The position numbers and the translations under genes are program-made. A stretch of DNA of 56,194 bases. It comes from Candidatus Hydrogenedentota bacterium. Lineage in GTDB: Bacteria; Hydrogenedentota; Hydrogenedentia; Hydrogenedentales; GCA-2746185. The notes beneath the pieces were generated by a model. The model searched no databases. It saw only the letters and a list, made by a program, of their open reading frames with translations, and was not told where the DNA came from. Positions within the stretch are counted from its first letter, which is position 1; the number at the start of each line of letters is the position of its first letter. Of this stretch, positions 37,685-47,124 are shown piece by piece. The stretch covers positions 1 to 56,194 of the forward strand of contig JAYGCN010000205.1 of assembly GCA_046583315.1 (NCBI GenBank), written 5' to 3'.

Positions 37685-38731
37685 ATGGTTGAGTTATACC
37701 GAAAAGCACTGGAATTGGCCGATGCAGACCGGAAACCGGTCTTGTCAACCGTTATCTCCGCACAGGGCTCCACGCCGCAAAAGGCGGGTAGTGTCGCGTT
37801 GTTGGATATGGACGGTAATCTGTGGGGAACACTCGGCGGCGGCATGGTGGAGGCGGTCGGTCTGGAGCGTATGCGTCAGTCGCGTGCCGATGGACTTCCC
37901 GCGCTGCACGAATTTCGGCTGGACGAGGATTACAGCCGCACCGCAGGACCGATTTGCGGCGGTGTCATGCGTTTCTTTACGAATCCCGGAATCCACGAGC
38001 AGCGTCGCGCGGTTGAGGCGGCGATCGAAGCAAGCCGTTGTGGTACGCGCGGACTTCTCGTCACGTATGTCGCCGGTTCGCGACAGGGTGAGGTGGAATG
38101 GATGGAAGAAGCTTCGGTGGCGGGTCGTACCTCGTTTCCATCGGGCGATGAATTGTCACAGACGCTTTCGAGTGAGGTTCCTTCGGTGATCAGTAAAGGT
38201 GAGGAGGAAGCGTATGCCGAGCCAGTGGTGCCGACGCCTCGTCTGCTCATTGTTGGCGGTGGACACGTGGGACAGGCCGTTGCGTTTCAGGCGGACATTC
38301 TTGGTTTTGACGTAACGGTCTACGATGATCGCGAAGAGTTCGCCGATGCACGGTTGTTTCCCACAGGAACAACCGCGCAGTCGGGCAACGTGAAAGAGTT
38401 GGTTGCTAACTATCCCAAGGGCCTGGATGCGTATATCGTTCTTGTATCGAAGGGGCATTTACTCGATGCGCTTGCGTTGGAAGCGTGCATTCATGACGAC
38501 CTTCGATTTCTGGGGATGATTGGAAGTCGCCGGAAGATTCGGGCGTTGAAGAAACACTTCCTTGAGGACGGGCTTGCGACTCAGGAAGAGTGGGATCGAA
38601 TTGTGTCGCCCATTGGATATGATATTGGCGCGGTATCGGTGGCCGAAATTGGCGTGAGCATTGCCGCACAACTTGTCGCGGCACGTCGTCTGCCTGATGC
38701 GGTACGCGATATCGATTCGAAATCGCTTTGA
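37685..38731 (+). CDS. xdhC: XdhC/CoxF family Moco-insertion chaperone
   Basis: GSTPQKAG, GTLGGGMVE, ICGG, GGGHVG, GMIGSRRK, PIG.DIGA...EI.VSI. Confidence 0.92.
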   Translation: MVELYRKALELADADRKPVLSTVISAQGSTPQKAGSVALLDMDGNLWGTLGGGMVEAVGLERMRQSRADGLPALHEFRLDEDYSRTAGPICGGVMRFFTNPGIHEQRRAVEAAIEASRCGTRGLLVTYVAGSRQGEVEWMEEASVAGRTSFPSGDELSQTLSSEVPSVISKGEEEAYAEPVVPTPRLLIVGGGHVGQAVAFQADILGFDVTVYDDREEFADARLFPTGTTAQSGNVKELVANYPKGLDAYIVLVSKGHLLDALALEACIHDDLRFLGMIGSRRKIRALKKHFLEDGLATQEEWDRIVSPIGYDIGAVSVAEIGVSIAAQLVAARRLPDAVRDIDSKSL

Positions 38732-39339
38732 TGGCGAACAGTGCGTTGGTGCTTGCGGCTGGGGACTCGAGCCGGATGGGTCGCCACAAGATTCTGCTGC
38801 CCTTTAACGGGATGACGCTCATCGAGCACATTGTAAATCAACTGACGGAAGCGGGCGTATCTGAAGTGGTCGTAGTCGTGGGCAAGGGCGCGCCGTCGGT
38901 ACGTGAAGCACTCGCAGAAACCTCCGCAGTGATTGCGGAGAATGTACATTATCAAAATGGCATGCTCTCATCGGTGCGCGTCGGACTCGCGGCGCTTTCA
39001 GATGAAAGTCAGCGGGTTGCGGTGTGTCTTGGTGATCAGCCAGCGATTCGTTGCGCACTGGTCAGGGCGTTGTTCGAGCAGGCCGCCGCGCAGCCGGGTA
39101 AAATTATTGTGCCGGTGTATGAGGGGCGGCGAGGGCATCCCCTTTTGATTCCAAGGTGCCATTGGTCGTCGGTGTTGGAGCGCTACGAAGATTTGGGGCT
39201 GCGCGGGCTATTGCAGGAGCATGCGTCATCGGTGCTGGAGTGGTTGGTAGACGACGCGTGGGTGCTGGATGATATGGACTATCCAGAGGATTACGCTCGT
39301 GAGTTGCGTCGACTGGAAGAGGAATCGGATCCGGATTGA
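38731..39339 (+). CDS. mocA: Molybdenum cofactor cytidylyltransferase
   Basis: LAAGDSSRMG..KILL, GMLSSVRVG, LGDQP, RRGHP, DMDYPEDY; TGATG coupling to xdhC. Confidence 0.88.
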   Translation: MANSALVLAAGDSSRMGRHKILLPFNGMTLIEHIVNQLTEAGVSEVVVVVGKGAPSVREALAETSAVIAENVHYQNGMLSSVRVGLAALSDESQRVAVCLGDQPAIRCALVRALFEQAAAQPGKIIVPVYEGRRGHPLLIPRCHWSSVLERYEDLGLRGLLQEHASSVLEWLVDDAWVLDDMDYPEDYARELRRLEEESDPD

Positions 39340-39350
39340 TGAAACCGTAC

Positions 39351-40151
39351 CTAGTCGAAGGGAATTTTTTCGATCCGCTGCTGAATGGTTGATAACGTCT
39401 CTTGCAGAGAACGATAGGTGGCGCGTTCCGAAACCTCTTTTCGGGTGGATAGAACTTTCGTGTATTTGGCCAATATTTCAAGTTCCAGTAGGGTCACTGC
39501 GTCGTAATCGTTCGCATTCGCTTTTTGCAATGCGTCCCGTAGATGTTGTTGCGTTTCGGCGTCTACCTCATGGGGCTCGGTTGACTCCTGTGTCGCTTCG
39601 TTATTCTCTGCTTGAGGCATCTTAGTGGTAGCGGTATTTACCGGAACCGAAGCTTTGTTTTTATCAAGGATTGAAAGCCGTCTTTTGAGTTCGCGTGTGT
39701 CTTCGGGGGACAGGCTGGCCGCAGCGCGTGAAAAAAGGAAGGCTTTGGCCAATAGGTAGTCCCGATCCGTTGTGTGATTAATATTGAAGATGTGGCAGGC
39801 CAGGATTCGCTTCACGGCATTGATCAGATCGTCGACGGTGGGGAGGGCGGAAACCGGTTGGTCATGGTCCTCGGACGAGTCGGGCGACGCGAATTCGCCG
39901 TTACTGATCTTGTTCTGTGCATGGACTATATTTGCTTCGCAAATGGCGAGCAGCCGCCTGTCTTCGGTAATGGTGGATTCCAGGCCATCAATGACTTCGT
40001 CGCGACCACTATGGATGTCTGGATCGTTCCGCCTGTCGTGAATTCGTTGCTGTAAAAGTTTTTGCGCTTCAATGACAGTTTGTTCGTAGCTGAGTTTATT
40101 TTCCCGATGCTCCGAAAGCTGTGTTTCGAGGTCGTCTCGCGTTTCTGGCAT
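39351..40151 (-). CDS. Hypothetical helical protein
   Basis: 266-aa ORF filling the gap, co-oriented with neighbours; no motif recognised. Confidence 0.6.
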   Translation of the reverse strand: MPETRDDLETQLSEHRENKLSYEQTVIEAQKLLQQRIHDRRNDPDIHSGRDEVIDGLESTITEDRRLLAICEANIVHAQNKISNGEFASPDSSEDHDQPVSALPTVDDLINAVKRILACHIFNINHTTDRDYLLAKAFLFSRAAASLSPEDTRELKRRLSILDKNKASVPVNTATTKMPQAENNEATQESTEPHEVDAETQQHLRDALQKANANDYDAVTLLELEILAKYTKVLSTRKEVSERATYRSLQETLSTIQQRIEKIPFD

Positions 40152-40241
40152 TGAGGCACTTTCTTAAGCGCGTGCATTGTGGTTCAGTAACTTCGATTAA
40201 GTTATACCACAGTTCTGGCGAAAATCACAATTTGAAGCGGG

Positions 40242-40517
40242 TCAATAGCGGATGGTGAAGTGGGTATAATCCGATGTACCGCTTTCAAAGCGGGCATCGA
40301 TAGTATCGACTTGAGCAAACGCTGGTCCTTGTTGGCACCAAGAGCGTATGAGGTCGAGGGTTTCGTGTGTGCCGCAGAACAAGGCTTCCACCCGACCATC
40401 GGAACGATTGCGAACCCAGCCGGTGATCCCCAGACGCGAGGCTTCGGAGCAGGTTGCTTGCCGAAACCCGACACCTTGAACGCGCCCTTTGAGAATTACG
40501 TGTAACTGTTCGTCCAT
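40242..40517 (-). CDS. acyP: Acylphosphatase
   Basis: GRVQGVGFR, GWVRNRSDGRVE, GP. Confidence 0.95.
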   Translation of the reverse strand: MDEQLHVILKGRVQGVGFRQATCSEASRLGITGWVRNRSDGRVEALFCGTHETLDLIRSWCQQGPAFAQVDTIDARFESGTSDYTHFTIRY

Positions 40518-40526
40518 CGGACCAGA

Positions 40527-41957
40527 CTACTTGAAAAAACCGGGAAGCAGCCTTTCGCGATAACCTGTGTAGTGATTGTATTCGCTTATCCGTTCACGAT
40601 AGGACTCGTTGGCTATCATGACAATGGCCTCGCAGGCGGCCAGCGCGAGGCTTGTATTCTTGGATTCCATGGGGCCGTGGAGCAACGAAAGCATTGTTTT
40701 ATCCCCTTGTTCACCCAACAGGCGGCATACTTCTTCTTGAACTTCGGTAAGGATGGCTTCCTTGTACTGAGTATTGGTGGCGTTTCCTTTGGCGAAAATT
40801 TGGGTGTTGGTCAAGTGCATCAAATTTTGAAATACGATTTTGGCCTGGGATTGTCCCGTACCGTACAGTGCCGCAGCCAGATTCGCCCGAAACATGAGAT
40901 TTTTATAGTCGGGATCTTTGGGTCGTTTAAGATACTCGCGTATCCATACGCCACCTTCCCAGTCGTCGTTTTCTCCGAGAAGCAAGCCGGAGGGTTGTTC
41001 GTAAGCGTAGGTTTTTAATCCGGTCTCCCTCATTTGATTGGCCGCTTCTTCGTCACCCAGCGCGTAAAGGACTCGTATGATGCGAAACCACTCGTTTTTA
41101 CGCGCGAGTGGCAGGCGTTTTGTCAACTCCTTGATGACGTCCTCGTCGCCAAGCTTGGATAATCCATATATGACAGCTTCGTTTTTGGGTTGTTTGAGCG
41201 CATCGAGTCCATCGTAAAGTTTAGGGACTACCCATCGATCCCCGATACGTGCGAGTGCGCGAATGGCCGATGGATTCACTTCCGGGTGCGGGTCGTCTGC
41301 CATGTAGCGTAAATCTCTGAGAAAGGATTCACCCCCATAGAGTCCGGCGAGTACGGCCGTCTGCACGCGGGTGGCACGATTTCCGTGAAGGAAGCCGTCG
41401 GTGAGCAGGTCTTTGTGAATGGCTTCACCTGCTGCGTAGAGATAGGTGGTGGCCAATACGGCCGTGGGCGTATCGTTGCTCTGTGCATGGGCTTGCAGGT
41501 ACAGGATTGCACCATCTTCGCCTAGAATGGCCGCGAGGCACGCTGCCCTCATTTTGTTGTTTGGATCCGTCTCGGATTGGAATAATTCGACAACGCGCCC
41601 CTTCGCGCGGTCAACAATCTTTCGTTCGTCGCGGGATAGCGTTCCCTTGGAGAAAATAGTTTGTTTTTGTGCGGTTCGTTTCTCCTGAACACGAATGTAC
41701 TTGACATCGGACAGGGGATAGGCACTATTGCGGCCGTCCGCCCCGATAAAGGTGATGGTGTCTTTGTTGAGACGCGTAATTTGGAGATTGGGGTCGCGCA
41801 CGGGCACATTGCCGTTGAGCACAATCGTGACGAGGGTTTTTTCGCGAATCAAGTCGTCCATCGTGGCACCATCACCATTGTTGATTGGGATTTGCGCTAT
41901 GGTGGTCATGCTCATCAAGGCGAGGGCAAGGCACAGGGCAGTGATACGGTTATACAT
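40527..41957 (-). CDS. Exported HEAT-repeat protein
   Basis: Signal peptide; repeated A..AL..IGD/LGD helical pairs; AGAGGA RBS. Confidence 0.7.
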   Translation of the reverse strand: MYNRITALCLALALMSMTTIAQIPINNGDGATMDDLIREKTLVTIVLNGNVPVRDPNLQITRLNKDTITFIGADGRNSAYPLSDVKYIRVQEKRTAQKQTIFSKGTLSRDERKIVDRAKGRVVELFQSETDPNNKMRAACLAAILGEDGAILYLQAHAQSNDTPTAVLATTYLYAAGEAIHKDLLTDGFLHGNRATRVQTAVLAGLYGGESFLRDLRYMADDPHPEVNPSAIRALARIGDRWVVPKLYDGLDALKQPKNEAVIYGLSKLGDEDVIKELTKRLPLARKNEWFRIIRVLYALGDEEAANQMRETGLKTYAYEQPSGLLLGENDDWEGGVWIREYLKRPKDPDYKNLMFRANLAAALYGTGQSQAKIVFQNLMHLTNTQIFAKGNATNTQYKEAILTEVQEEVCRLLGEQGDKTMLSLLHGPMESKNTSLALAACEAIVMIANESYRERISEYNHYTGYRERLLPGFFK

Positions 41958-42036
41958 GTTTAATCCTCTTGTAAACTAGACTATACATTGAATTGTAACA
42001 TGCTTGATAGGTCTGTGTCTCATTGAATCGGCAGAT

Positions 42037-43284
42037 CTAATGAAGTTCAATTTCCTCACTTTCCACGAATTTATCAAGAAAATTACGGGCGGTCTCCAGT
42101 GATGGAACAAGCGGGTTAATGGTGAGGGCCTGCAATGCATATTCATAGGATTTGTGAAGTACGGCCTCAACGATCCAACGATCACTTTCCTTGACGGTTT
42201 GAAAGAGGCCTTTCAAGAAGTGGGGGGAATCGCCGACGTGGCGCGGCACCAGCGTCTTGTTGTTGAGCTCCACGGGTACTTCAACGCTACAATCGTCGGG
42301 GAGATCGCGGATGGCCCCGTTATTCTGCACGCAGAGAATCAGCGTCTCTTTATCCTTGTTCTCAAGCGCCGAAAGGAGTGGAATGAGGGTCTGTTCGTAC
42401 CACGGCGTGTAGCGCTCACGGGTCAATGTGGGGATCTCATTCAAGTGGGGATCGGCATAGGCTTTCAGGATTTGTTTCTCCGCTTCGTAGAGAATCTCGC
42501 CGCGAAAGGTGCCGGTATTCTTTTGTTGCTTGAGAATTCGATCGGCATGAAAATAGAGACTGACGGTGCGCGTGGGAATCATCCGGAACAATTCGATTAG
42601 CTCGTGATCGAAGTCGTCAGGTTTTTGACGGTGAATAAGGTCGAGCACGTTGTACATGATGTTGCGTTTACCGTGACGCACGCTCTGGATCCAGCCCATG
42701 TGGTTAAGCCCGATAAAGTCGATGAACAATTCTTTTTCGGGAATTCCCAAAAGATGCGCAACTTTTCGAACGTAGGTGCCTGGAAGATCGCAGGTGCCGA
42801 TGATTTTGAGGCCGGAGTGTTTTACCAGGGCTTCAACGATGGTGCCCATCGGGTTCGTCAGATTGATGAAGGTTGCGCCGGGATTTACTTTTTCGATGCG
42901 TTCAACATAATCGATCACGATGGGTAACGTGCGCAGTGCGTTTGCAATGCCTCCGGCACCAAGACTTTCGTCACCAATCATGCCCATGGTCGGTGGAAGT
43001 TTCTCGTCACGTACCCGAGCGGCCATACCGCCCACGCGAATGTGGTTGAGAATGTATTTGGCATCGGTCGCGGCTTCTTCGAGATCGGTGGAGGGGATAA
43101 TTGTGCCGGGATAACCACTCTTCCTCACGATTCGTGAGCAGAAATCGGATACGATGTCGAGTTTTTTGCCTTCGCGTCCAAATAGAACAAGCTCTTTGGG
43201 CAATAGATTGTGGGAGATGAGGGAATGAACGAACTCAGGAACGTAAACGCTACTGCCACCCAGAATAGTCAGTTTGTCTATCAC
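42037..43284 (-). CDS. Glycoside hydrolase family 4 (6-phospho-beta-glucosidase-like)
   Basis: ILGGSSVY, IRVGG..AR..DE, GDESLGAGG, NLTNP, GTCD, GLNH; GTG 43284 after GGAGGG. Confidence 0.9.
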   Translation of the reverse strand: MIDKLTILGGSSVYVPEFVHSLISHNLLPKELVLFGREGKKLDIVSDFCSRIVRKSGYPGTIIPSTDLEEAATDAKYILNHIRVGGMAARVRDEKLPPTMGMIGDESLGAGGIANALRTLPIVIDYVERIEKVNPGATFINLTNPMGTIVEALVKHSGLKIIGTCDLPGTYVRKVAHLLGIPEKELFIDFIGLNHMGWIQSVRHGKRNIMYNVLDLIHRQKPDDFDHELIELFRMIPTRTVSLYFHADRILKQQKNTGTFRGEILYEAEKQILKAYADPHLNEIPTLTRERYTPWYEQTLIPLLSALENKDKETLILCVQNNGAIRDLPDDCSVEVPVELNNKTLVPRHVGDSPHFLKGLFQTVKESDRWIVEAVLHKSYEYALQALTINPLVPSLETARNFLDKFVESEEIELH

Positions 43285-43366
43285 AGAGCACCCTCCAGTG
43301 AGTCTGATCCAGCGTGCCTCAACGTGGTGACATGATAGCAATTCACGAATTGAGGTTCAATGGGTG

Positions 43367-43951
43367 CTATGAGATCACAATGTCGTCGGGTTCGATCAGC
43401 GGCGCGCCTTGATTGCATAAATCGCAGTCGTCAGGTGACCAGCTTCGTAGCTCCAGGGTGGAGAGTGGCGTAAAGGGGCAATCGAATTGCGCCTCGCCGC
43501 TGCTGCGATCAATGAGTACAGACACGCCGACCACGGTTGCGCCGCGTTTCTCAAGATGCGCGATCGTTTTTTTGACCGATCCGCCGGTGGTAACAATATC
43601 TTCGACCACGAGGATGCGTGTGCCGGGTTTGAGGGGAAACCCACGTTTGAGGGCCATGCCTTCGACATCGTCTTTTTCGGTGAAGACGCCGCGACAGTTG
43701 AGGTGACGTGCGGTTTCGTAGGCGAGGATGATTCCACCGGTTGCGGGGCCTACAACGAGGTCAACATTGAGATCTTTTGCTGATTCAGCCATTGCTTTGC
43801 AGAGACGTTCGACAATATTTGGAAATTGAAGCACCCGTGCCGCCTGCAAAAATCGTTCGCCGTGCCGTCCGCTGGTATAGATGAAATGGCCTTCGAGAAG
43901 GGCACCGGCTTCTTTGAAAGCGTCGATGGTTTCTTCGGGTGTAAGGGTCAT
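43367..43951 (-). CDS. pyrE: Orotate phosphoribosyltransferase
   Basis: LEGHFIYTSGRH, GPATGG, VVEDIVTTGGS. Confidence 0.95.
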   Translation of the reverse strand: MTLTPEETIDAFKEAGALLEGHFIYTSGRHGERFLQAARVLQFPNIVERLCKAMAESAKDLNVDLVVGPATGGIILAYETARHLNCRGVFTEKDDVEGMALKRGFPLKPGTRILVVEDIVTTGGSVKKTIAHLEKRGATVVGVSVLIDRSSGEAQFDCPFTPLSTLELRSWSPDDCDLCNQGAPLIEPDDIVIS

Positions 43952-44631
43952 GCGAGTTCCTCCAGAATTAATTGCACGGCGTGTGCCGGGTTTTCGTGGT
44001 TGAGTATCGGGCGACCGACAACGATGTGACTAGCGCCCGCCGATTTTGCATCCGAAGGGGTCATGATGCGTTGTTGGTCGTCTTTACTGGCCCAGTGGGG
44101 GCGGATACCGGGTGTGACGATGTGCGGCCCCGCTCCGATGGCGTCCCGGACCAGGGTGATTTCCTGCGCTGAACACACGATGCCGTGGGCGCCGGCGTTG
44201 ATGGCCATCGAAGCCCATCGTGGAACCGTCGCCGCGGGGGATTCGGGGATGCCGATGTCATTGCGTAGGGTATTTTCATTCATGCTGGTGAGCACCGTGA
44301 CCGCGAGCAGTTCGGTATTTGAAGCTTCGGTTGGTTTGCGTGCTGCTTCGATCATTGCGCTACCGCCGCTGGCATGCAGGGTGAGTAGTGACACCCCAAG
44401 GTCGACTGCGGCCGCGACGGCGTGATTCACGGTGTTTGGGATATCGTGGTATTTGAGGTCCAGCATGACTTTTTTACCGCTGTCAACGAATTCGCGCACG
44501 ATGTCCGGGCCGCATCGGGTGAACAGTTGGCTGCCTATTTTGAACCAGTCGCAACCTGCGCAGGCGTCGACTATTGTGTTGGCTTCGTCACGTGTATTCA
44601 CGTCCAGCACGACGATTAGTTCTGTGTTCAC
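43948..44631 (-). CDS. pyrF: Orotidine-5'-phosphate decarboxylase
   Basis: DLKYHDIPNTV, VTVLTS, TPGIR, DDQQR, VGRPI. Confidence 0.97.
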   Translation of the reverse strand: MNTELIVVLDVNTRDEANTIVDACAGCDWFKIGSQLFTRCGPDIVREFVDSGKKVMLDLKYHDIPNTVNHAVAAAVDLGVSLLTLHASGGSAMIEAARKPTEASNTELLAVTVLTSMNENTLRNDIGIPESPAATVPRWASMAINAGAHGIVCSAQEITLVRDAIGAGPHIVTPGIRPHWASKDDQQRIMTPSDAKSAGASHIVVGRPILNHENPAHAVQLILEELA

Positions 44632-44641
44632 TGTTGTTCCT

Positions 44642-45715
44642 TCATCTTCGGTTCACGCCGATGGCGTCGGTGATGTGATCGTAGCCACTCATCTCTATGC
44701 AGTCCAGCAATTCACGATTGATCCGGCGAATCAATGCGGGGCCTTCGTAAATCAGTGCCGAGTATACCTGAACCAGTGAGGCACCCGCCTTGAGGCGACG
44801 ATAGGCTTCGTTTCCGGAGTCAATGCCGCCCACACTGATGAGTACAGCCTTGCCATAGAGTTCTTCGGCGATGGCATCGAAGATTGCGAAACTTTTCTCT
44901 CGGATGACCGCGCCGCTCAGGCCCCCAAAGTCTTTGGCCTTCGGTGTCAGGGTATAGTCGATGCTGGTGTTCGTTGCGATGATACCCGTTGCTCCGGCAT
45001 CGACGGCGGTCGCGCACAGGTCAACGGTATAGGCGGCATCGGAGTCGGGGGATACCTTCAGGAGCATCGGCGTATCGGTCAATTCGGTGGCCTGGGTAAA
45101 TAACGATTTGATGCTCTTCGGATTCTCAAGCTCGCGTAACCCCGGCGTGTTGGGCGAAGACAGATTGAGCACCAAGTAATCGCACATTCCGTCGAGTTCG
45201 GGAATCAGTGTCAGATAATCATCGATGGCGTGTTCGTTGGGGGTGGATTTGTTCTTGCCGAGGTTGATACCCAGCGGAAAGTGGAGTGGGTACTGAGGAC
45301 GAACACGCTCTCGCATGGCGCGCATGCCGTGGTTGTTAAAACCCATGGCATTCTGGATGGTTTGTTCTTCGGGTATACGGAAGAGTCGGGGTTTGGGATT
45401 GCCCGGTTGGGACTTCGGTGTGACGGTGCCGACCTCCACGAATCCGAATCCCAATCCTGCCCAGGCCTGGAGTACTTCGGCGTTCTTATCGAAACCTGCG
45501 GCGAGTCCGACGGGATTTTCGAAGGGTACGTTGAATAGTGTCTGGTTGAGTCGTTTATCCAGCACGCGGTTGCGTTTGGCGACATGATGCAGAAGCCAGG
45601 CTTGGCGTTGCAGGGCAGATAGCACGCTCATGCCGAGTCGGTGCGCGCGCTCGGCGTCCAGTTGGAAGACGATATTCTTCAGTAGCGAGTAGATACAGCC
45701 CCCTTGGTCGTGCAT
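44642..45715 (-). CDS. pyrD: Quinone-dependent dihydroorotate dehydrogenase
   Basis: GLAAGFDKN, GTVTP..QPGNPKPRLFR, NLSSPNTPGLR, GGLSG. Confidence 0.96.
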   Translation of the reverse strand: MHDQGGCIYSLLKNIVFQLDAERAHRLGMSVLSALQRQAWLLHHVAKRNRVLDKRLNQTLFNVPFENPVGLAAGFDKNAEVLQAWAGLGFGFVEVGTVTPKSQPGNPKPRLFRIPEEQTIQNAMGFNNHGMRAMRERVRPQYPLHFPLGINLGKNKSTPNEHAIDDYLTLIPELDGMCDYLVLNLSSPNTPGLRELENPKSIKSLFTQATELTDTPMLLKVSPDSDAAYTVDLCATAVDAGATGIIATNTSIDYTLTPKAKDFGGLSGAVIREKSFAIFDAIAEELYGKAVLISVGGIDSGNEAYRRLKAGASLVQVYSALIYEGPALIRRINRELLDCIEMSGYDHITDAIGVNRR

Positions 45716-45735
45716 TCGTTATCGTACAAAAACGC

Positions 45736-46011
45736 TTAGTGCTCGAAACTGATTACGCTGTATTCAGTATACAGTCGTGCTGCACCGAGTCTTTGTGCTT
45801 CTTGATGATCCGAATTTGCACACCACGCTTTCATGGTCTCCCAGGATTCAAAGTCAACCAGGGAAACCCGTTCTCCGTCGTCCTCGGTGAATGTTTTGAT
45901 GGATACGAAGCCCGGCATGCTCCGTGCGAGTGCCTCGATTCGCGGTGCGAGCTCCTCGTATTCCTCAATAAATTCACGGTTCAGCTTATTTCGGAAGGTC
46001 GTTGTGATCAT
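45736..46011 (-). CDS. Antibiotic biosynthesis monooxygenase (ABM) family protein
   Basis: SMPGFVSIK..F..DGER..W..HQEAQRLG..LY. Confidence 0.8.
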   Translation of the reverse strand: MITTTFRNKLNREFIEEYEELAPRIEALARSMPGFVSIKTFTEDDGERVSLVDFESWETMKAWCANSDHQEAQRLGAARLYTEYSVISFEH

Positions 46012-46022
46012 ACCGTATCGCC

Positions 46023-47102
46023 CTATCGACGTTCTAGTGCGAGCTGGTTTTGGAGGAGATTCAACCCGACACGAATACGCTCGGCGAGCACTTCCCCGAC
46101 ACCATCGACCTCGACGAGGTCTTCTTTCGGGGCGCGCATGATTTGTTGCAATGTTCCGAAGCGTTCTACGAGATTCTCGATGATCTGCTTGGTCAGGCGG
46201 TTGGTCTGCGTGAGAACCCGGTATCCGCGGCTGGACAGGTACGTGTCTACACTGCGCAAATTCTGACTGTAGCCGAGGAGTTGGCTGATGTTCCCCATGG
46301 TCGCCAAATCAGAGGAGTCCAATTCGCCGAGGCGATTCTGGATCTGATTCGGGTTGAGTTTGGATTTTGCTCGGTAGTAATCCAATATAATCAATTCCGC
46401 GTCGCTGACTGGGGTCATGAGTTCCTGTAGCTGCATTCGAACGAGTCGGCCTTCTTCGCCAAGTTCGATGATGTACGGCGCGATCTCCGAAGCGATGCGG
46501 CGCACTCGTTCATAGCGTTGCAATGTGCGACATACGTCGAAGATCGTGACCATGTCCTGGAATTCTCGAGTGCTGAGGTCCTGCATGTCCTGGTTGAGCG
46601 CAGTGATGAACCGTTCGAGTGTTTGAAGGATCTGGGCGGCGCGGTTGAGCAGCGTTGGAATGGTGTCGAGTGTGTGCTTGCGACCGCCGACGAATACGGT
46701 CACACTGGATCGACGTTCGGATACGGCTACCACCACACACTTGGCTTGTTTGGCCATCCGTTCTGCGGTGCGATGACGGGTTCCGGTTTCGAGGGAGCCG
46801 ATCGTGCTTCGCGGCTTCAAAAACTTGTTCGCGCTGTAGAGTTCAGTGCCGTCGTTGGAAAGTAGAATCGCGCCGTCCATTTTGCAGAGTTCGTAAAGCA
46901 GTTGCGAGGTTGTGGGTGTGTCGATATCGATACCGCCTTCGGCGAGATCGGCGAGTCTTTTCTGAGGACCGAAACAGAGTAGCGCACCGGTGCGGGCTTG
47001 AAGACTGTAGGCGATGGCCTCGCGAATGAGAGAGCCGGGGGACAGCATGTGGAGTGCATCGTGAAACTGTTCTTCTTCGGATCTGCGTTTGGTGCGCGGC
47101 AT
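46023..47102 (-). CDS. disA: DNA integrity scanning diadenylate cyclase
   Basis: ELCKMDGAI (DGA), ETGTRHRTAER (RHR), C-terminal HhH (EVDGVGEVLA); follows radA. Confidence 0.93.
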   Translation of the reverse strand: MPRTKRRSEEEQFHDALHMLSPGSLIREAIAYSLQARTGALLCFGPQKRLADLAEGGIDIDTPTTSQLLYELCKMDGAILLSNDGTELYSANKFLKPRSTIGSLETGTRHRTAERMAKQAKCVVVAVSERRSSVTVFVGGRKHTLDTIPTLLNRAAQILQTLERFITALNQDMQDLSTREFQDMVTIFDVCRTLQRYERVRRIASEIAPYIIELGEEGRLVRMQLQELMTPVSDAELIILDYYRAKSKLNPNQIQNRLGELDSSDLATMGNISQLLGYSQNLRSVDTYLSSRGYRVLTQTNRLTKQIIENLVERFGTLQQIMRAPKEDLVEVDGVGEVLAERIRVGLNLLQNQLALERR

Positions 47103-47124
47103 ATACTCCTCCGTGTAGGTTGCG

